Shown: one piece after another, positions 59,932 to 64,000 of the stretch | How positions within the stretch are numbered: position 1 is the stretch's first letter | How the letters are laid out: each line of letters begins with the position of its first letter | NCBI RefSeq assembly: GCF_009914755.1 | Contig: NC_060934.1 | DNA length: 64,000 bases | Origin: the human T2T-CHM13v2.0 reference genome, Homo sapiens | Direction: 5' to 3' (one strand) | Made by a program: the position numbers and the translations under genes | Notes under the pieces: model-generated | What the model was told of the DNA's origin: nothing | The model's database searches: none | Seen by the model: only the letters and a program-made list of their open reading frames with translations

Positions 59932-60519
59932 CTATCTATCTATATATATGGCTTGGAATGAAAATATGGCATGCACATTTTCCCATATCAGAACATGGAG
60001 GTCTACCTCATTATTTTTAATTGCTTCACCTTAAGTATTCCATAGATGGGGGTGCCACTGTTTATTCACCCATTCCCACTGGTGGACTGTTAGGTTGCTT
60101 CTGATTTTTCATTGTTGTAAATTTGCTTAGTGAACTCTCTGGTATGTGGTTCTGTGGGCAGACATGGCTATTTTGTTAGGATAATGGATATCTAGAAATA
60201 GAGTTGGTCAAATGAAGATGGGTATTGTTAATTTTAATAGAAACTGCCAAAATACCTATCAAGAAGACTGAACCAATTCAGGGCACTTCCAAGAGAGGAT
60301 GAGAAGACCAACTTACGTACACACTCTCTCCCATGCTGGATACTGTCAGTACGTTGAATTTTTGCTAATCCAATGGATGAAGCTAAAACAAATCTTATGT
60401 CTATTTTAATTTGTAGTTCTCAAATTATGATTGCATTTCTCTCATGTTGAGCATATTTTCCTAAGTTCATTGGACATTGTGTTTTTATTTCTGTAAGTCA
60501 CCTCTTCATATACTTTGCC

Positions 60520-61805
<1,286 letters not shown>

Positions 61806-62454
61806 TGTCAGCTGGGGGACAGGGACTGTGTCCTCCTCATTTTTGTCTCCCTTGCACCAACACAGAGCCAGCACCCCTGGGTGAATGCGCATACACCTTC
61901 CCGTGCCAGGCACATGCCCACACTTCCCTATGCTCAGGCTGGTGTGTGGGGGGGGTGTCTCTGGGTAAGCACGTGCATGACAAGTGTTGAGACTGCACAT
62001 CGACATAGCCCACATGCTTGCGTCTCAGTGTGGCCATATGCATGCAGCTAGCACACCTGTGCTTGTGGGCATGGGAATACACATGTGTCTGCCTTTCTTC
62101 CCTTGACAGTTTTCTGCCCTCTACTTCCTTGGGTCAGAAAAAGCAGGAACTTTTTCTCTTGGCAGGAGGAATATTTATTAACAGGGATAAAGTGAGGATA
62201 CTGCAATCCTTGTAGTTTCTCCTGGGGAAGCCTCATTCTTTCTGAGGCCTCTGCCCGCCTTCTTTGCTCTCTTCTCCCCTCCTTTTTCTATTTCACATCT
62301 TTTTCCTTCCCCACTTCGGGAGGAAGCTCATCTAAGCTCAGCCTTTGCTGACAAGGCCATTTGGGCCCATTAGTTGCCTCTAATGAGTGACTGCCTTCTC
62401 GGCCCCTTCCCCCACAGCAACTGGGAGGCAGGGATCAATTAGCTGCTGCCGTAA

Positions 62455-62486
<32 letters not shown>
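62455..62486. repeat. (CA)n microsatellite
   Basis: Read directly. Confidence 0.9.
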
Positions 62487-64000
62487 CCTTACATGTGTAT
62501 TTATGCTTCCACATGTATATGTACACGTCACATACTATATATGATCATAAATACACTCATAGCAAATACACATACATCTTCTCTTCTTGACCAGTAATAT
62601 CTCCTAGGGGTCTCTACTCTGCTCCTTGCTCTGTTCACCAAGAAGAACACCCATGGCCAACCCCACACTCCCCAGCTCAAACCCAGATTCCCACGATTCG
62701 AAATGAAGTTCAACTCTCATGTTTTACAGGTGGCCAAATTGAAGCTCAGAGTAGGGAGGTGACTTGTCCAAAATCCCTCAGTCAGTTAGAAGCCAAGCTG
62801 AGCTTATGCTCAGTCCTATGCCCTCTGATGCCCAGTGCAGTGCTACTGCATCCGAGAGAGAAGCGGGGTGTCCCATGCAGGCCCACCTTGATCACAACAG
62901 AGCTGTGGCGCTTCAAAGGTAGCATGTCTAGGTTAGGGTGTGCAGGCATGATCCTTAAGGTGATAGGGACTGGGGAGGCTCTGCCATGAACCAAGGAGGG
63001 AGAGGGTGGGCTTTCAGGGAGGCCTGCCTTGTCCCCTGGGTTGGCCTGGCCTGGAAATTGTGGAGAGAGGAGTCCAATCTCAGTCTCCCTCTGGCTTCTG
63101 CAAGTCTCACCGTGGCTGTCTCTCCCTCCACCGAGTACTGACCTCAGGAATCCCTGATTCCTGGCAAGCTCCCTCTTGGCCAGATAGGAAGGGGGCACCT
63201 CACTGAGTACCCTGTTCCAAAGTGTCCTCTGGGGGAAGATAGGTTCCATCCTGGCCTTGGCCCTGGCCTGTTCTCCAGATTCCACACTAGGACGGGAGGT
63301 GTGAGGACTGGGTCCAGGCCTGAGGCACGCAAGACCCAGCAAAGTCCTGCATGACCAGCCTAGGCCACCTGGGTCAGAATGCCGTGGCACCACTGTGGCC
63401 AGCCACTTGGAGACATTCGTAACAAATACACATACATCCTCAGCAGCTGGGTTTATGGCTGAGTCTTAGCAATTTTGTCTCCTAAGGTCCCAGCCCTGCC
63501 AGGGACCCAGGCCCTGAATGGAAGAGCTGAGGACGGGTCTGAGCGGCCCTTGGGGAAACTTACCCAGGAGGGGTCACAGCAGGGGCAGGGGCTTCCAGAG
63601 CCCCCTTTCACCCCAGAAGCTGGAAATGATACTCTTCTTGCCCCCGCTCAGTCCCTCTCCCAGAGGCGGATGTTGTTGGGGGGCTGCAGTTCTCATCTAC
63701 AGGCCCCTCTTCTCCCTGGGAGCCCCAGACCCCGCCTCCTCTCCCTATCCTGAGTCCCTGGCTGGAGCTACTGTGGAGACTGAGGCCTGTTACCTGCCAC
63801 TCTCCATAGCCCTCAAGGCCGCAGTGAAGCCTGCCGGGGGCTTGAGGGGGCATCCTGGGAGCCCATCCCTTGGCTGATCTGGGTCTCAGTCAAGTCCCCA
63901 GGCCTGCTCCCTGGCCTCCCCCTCAGCAGGGCTTAGCTCAGCAAGTCCTCCCTTAGATTAAGTTTCCAAAGGGAATGTCCTTTTCCAGCGCGGCCCTCGC

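Noticed and set aside
62782-63393. 203-aa minus-strand ORF
   Set aside because: Non-ATG start, runs into MIR-like sequence, no recognisable homology.

Overview
Primate, almost certainly human, genomic DNA: Alu-dense, with GT-AG introns and CpG islands. It matches the 10q24 interval around KAZALD1, on the centromeric side of the TLX1/LBX1 homeobox locus; that locus identity is recalled, not searched. The one well-supported protein-coding gene is KAZALD1 (+ strand). Its coding exons are 17975-18485, 19643-19803, 19883-20030 and 20208-20302, which join to 915 nt = 304 aa (signal peptide, IGFBP, Kazal, Ig, acidic tail). A 122-aa minus-strand ORF at 44920-45288 fits the putative TLX1NB product. 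The rest is CpG islands, AT-rich homeodomain-motif clusters (probable developmental enhancers), CTCF-type motifs and many Alu/L1/L2/MIR/LTR/MER elements. The most unusual signals are (i) a ~170-bp, ~95% identical inverted duplication of apparently unique sequence dropped into a (TATG)n tract, (ii) an Alu with an in-place micro-inversion and two perfected hairpins, typical of template switching, and (iii) a convergent CTCF motif pair bracketing KAZALD1. Also notable are 35-bp-phased TTTAATAA motifs in a CpG island and an L1PA3-like stub nested in an AluY linker. I found no evidence for a wholly new multi-gene system; most ORFs in the track are Alu- or GC-content noise. Repeat boundaries are by eye and approximate.
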